DNA of 64,000 nucleotides, from NCBI RefSeq assembly GCF_009914755.1, contig NC_060926.1; one strand, given 5' to 3'. Position numbers and translations under genes: made by a program. Shown here piece after piece: positions 60,739-64,000 of the stretch (the stretch's first letter is position 1; every line of letters starts with the position of its first letter). The DNA is from the human T2T-CHM13v2.0 reference genome, Homo sapiens. Under the pieces are notes generated by a model, which saw only the letters and a program-made list of their open reading frames with translations, searched no databases and was not told the DNA's origin.

Positions 60739-61618
60739 GACGGATTTCTATTTCCTCTTTTTGCTCCAGGACTTTGGGCCACAGTGGGCTTTTTTTCATC
60801 CCCTGTCTTCACTAAACTGTAGGTCTGGAAAGTTCTCTCTGGGCGTTAAAATTTTTTCAGTTAAAATATGACATAGATATCAACAAAGAAATGGCACAGC
60901 CTATCCAAAGACCATACCAGCAACTGAATAAAATTTTACTGGTGGCAGGTAACTTCTCAACAGTGGATGAGGTCAGGAGGCTTACTGGAAAGTGAACTCA
61001 CCAGGGATGAGAATGTTGTTTCTCATGGAGCAAGGAACCCCAAGGTCTGCCACCAAACTAAATTACTCTAGGGTAAAATGATGTGTATTTCTTAGGGTCA
61101 GAAGCTCATAGCTTGGTTTTGTGACAGGACACCTCCACTGGCTTCCTGTCTAATCCCCGCATGTGCCTCAGAGGGATTAGAATATAAAGTGAGTGTATTT
61201 AATTAGAATATAAAGTGAGTGTCTCCTCCCTTCCCCTAAACTATGAAACAAGAACATTTTACAAAGAGGATGCTTCTTTGTAATTCCCCCAGTGGGTTTT
61301 AAGGAATAAGCTGCACTGAGAGCAAAGTTCTGCCTGCCTTCTGAACGCTGAGGCTTCCTTCTTGCAGTTCTCTAAACTCCAGGACAGGAAATTTCTGCAA
61401 GATAGGCTGTGGAGCAATAATGCTAACTCCTAAAGGACCCCCTGGGTCATCCTCAAGATCTCTTGCAGACCAGAGGAACCTTTCCAGACTCTGGGAGCAG
61501 CTTGAGTCTTGTCTCGGAGCTGCTTCACAAGGCCAGATACACATCCTGTGGGGCCGCTGTGCCCGAGCACCATGGTCAGTAAGGAGTAAGTCTCCTCATC
61601 GCATCACACGTGGGCCTC

Positions 61619-62286
<668 letters not shown>

Positions 62287-63117
62287 GCCTCTGAGGGCTA
62301 ATCTCCTCCCATTCCTTCTCCTTCCCCTGTTTCAAGCTTGCTCTTACTTTTCCCCTATCTGTCTCAGTCTGGGGTCATCAGAAGCAGACCTTAAGGTGAG
62401 GGTGTGTGGGTGACAGGTGGAGGATGCACTCCCAGGTCCCCAGGAGGGCATGGTAGGAGCAGCAGAACACCGGGAGGCCAAGTGTGAGAGTGGTTCTCCC
62501 ATGTCCACAGAAGGAAGCTCCCACTGAATCCTGCAGGGGGCTGTGGAAGGGAAGAGATGCTCTAGCCAAGGCCCAGGAGTGGGCTATTACATCCCTGTCC
62601 CCATCCATTGTGGGTCAAGGGCCTGAGGGGGTTGGCAGCTCAGAGCTTCTCCATTTCCACTCCCTGCACCTGGGCCAAACCTGCCCCAGGAGCCCTGGCC
62701 TCTCAAGAAGAGCCACAGGTGCTGGCATAAGCACAGGAAACAAAAGTACAGGAAAGAAGGTGGGAAACACAAAAACAGTAAAAAGGGACCCAAGGGGAGG
62801 AGCACGGACAATGTCCCCTTACCCTGCTAGGGTGTGCATTACAAGTAAAGGTCAAGGCCAAAGACTTCATGTGCATTCCCCGCACACTGCTGAAGCATGT
62901 TTGAATTCTCGTTCTTTCATTCCACTGCCAGCTCCCATGGGCAGATCCAGCTCCTTTGTGTAGGAGCCATAGTCACAGCTTCAGAGGTCTCTTTCCCTCC
63001 CGACTGCTCCAACTGCTGTCAGCTTTATCCTCTTCAAACACCACCTTCACTGTGTCATTTTCTTTTCAGAAATCTCCTATGGCTTTTCATTGCTTTAATG
63101 ATACAGTTAGAAATCCT

Positions 63118-63462
<345 letters not shown>

Positions 63463-64000
63463 CTAGTCATAGAGCCCTCTTTTTAATTGTGAGAACTCTC
63501 ATCCCTGATGAGATTTATGAGTGAGGGACTTAGAGCCTGGGGTCATCATAGGTGTGAATTCTACTCTAGAATCAACCACTGTGTGACATGAATGCATTGC
63601 CTCTCTCTCCTAGGCTGAGTGTCCTGAGCTATACATGAGAGCTGTGAGATGGTTGTGAGGATTCCATTGGGTGCAGCATTAAAGGGGCTCGGAACAATGT
63701 CTGAAGATGCCAATGCTAGAGAAATGGTGGTTGAATCTGAATCTAGGCAGCTTCTGTAGGCATAACTCAGGCTCTTTCTGGTCTGAATTCTTTGCTTGCT
63801 GGGCTTTGTATCTTGAGACCTCTCTTTCTTCCCACTGGTCAGAATCCTGAACATCCTTCAAGGCTGGGCTGAAAACTTCCCTCCTCTGTGCCGACTTTTC
63901 TGACTACCTGAATCCTCAGTGATCAGTCCCACCTCTCAATTCTTACTGTCTTCTGTTATGTCTTTGATAATTTCTTCCTCTCTCTCTGTCTCTTCTGGTT

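Noticed and set aside
62484-62963. 159-aa ORF
   Set aside because: GTG start, overlaps LTR16/33-like sequence, no recognisable protein features

Overview
Mammalian (primate, almost certainly human) genomic DNA, dense in Alu, L1, L2, MIR, MaLR and DNA-transposon relics. The + strand carries all 14 coding exons of long-chain acyl-CoA synthetase ACSL3. The ATG is at 5860 and the TAA at 38417-38419. Exon lengths sum to 2163 nt (720 aa plus stop), all introns are GT-AG, and the phases are consistent. The 3' UTR has several polyadenylation signals; the promoter and non-coding 5' exons lie upstream of the window. The ~22 kb after the gene is intergenic. The most notable features beyond ACSL3 are: (1) an old processed ATG12 pseudogene antisense in the intron before the first coding exon, apparently interrupted by later Alu and LTR insertions; (2) a near-perfect 46-bp intronic inverted repeat at 15705-15802 that I cannot assign to a transposon; (3) a decayed C2H2 zinc-finger array antisense just past the 3' UTR, invisible to the ORF track; (4) a full-length THE1 (MaLR) element with a 251-codon internal ORF, with three intact DUX4-type motifs in its LTRs and a neighbouring LTR. 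I found no convincing evidence of a wholly new multi-gene system. Repeat subfamily names come from my recollection of consensus sequences, and their boundaries are approximate.
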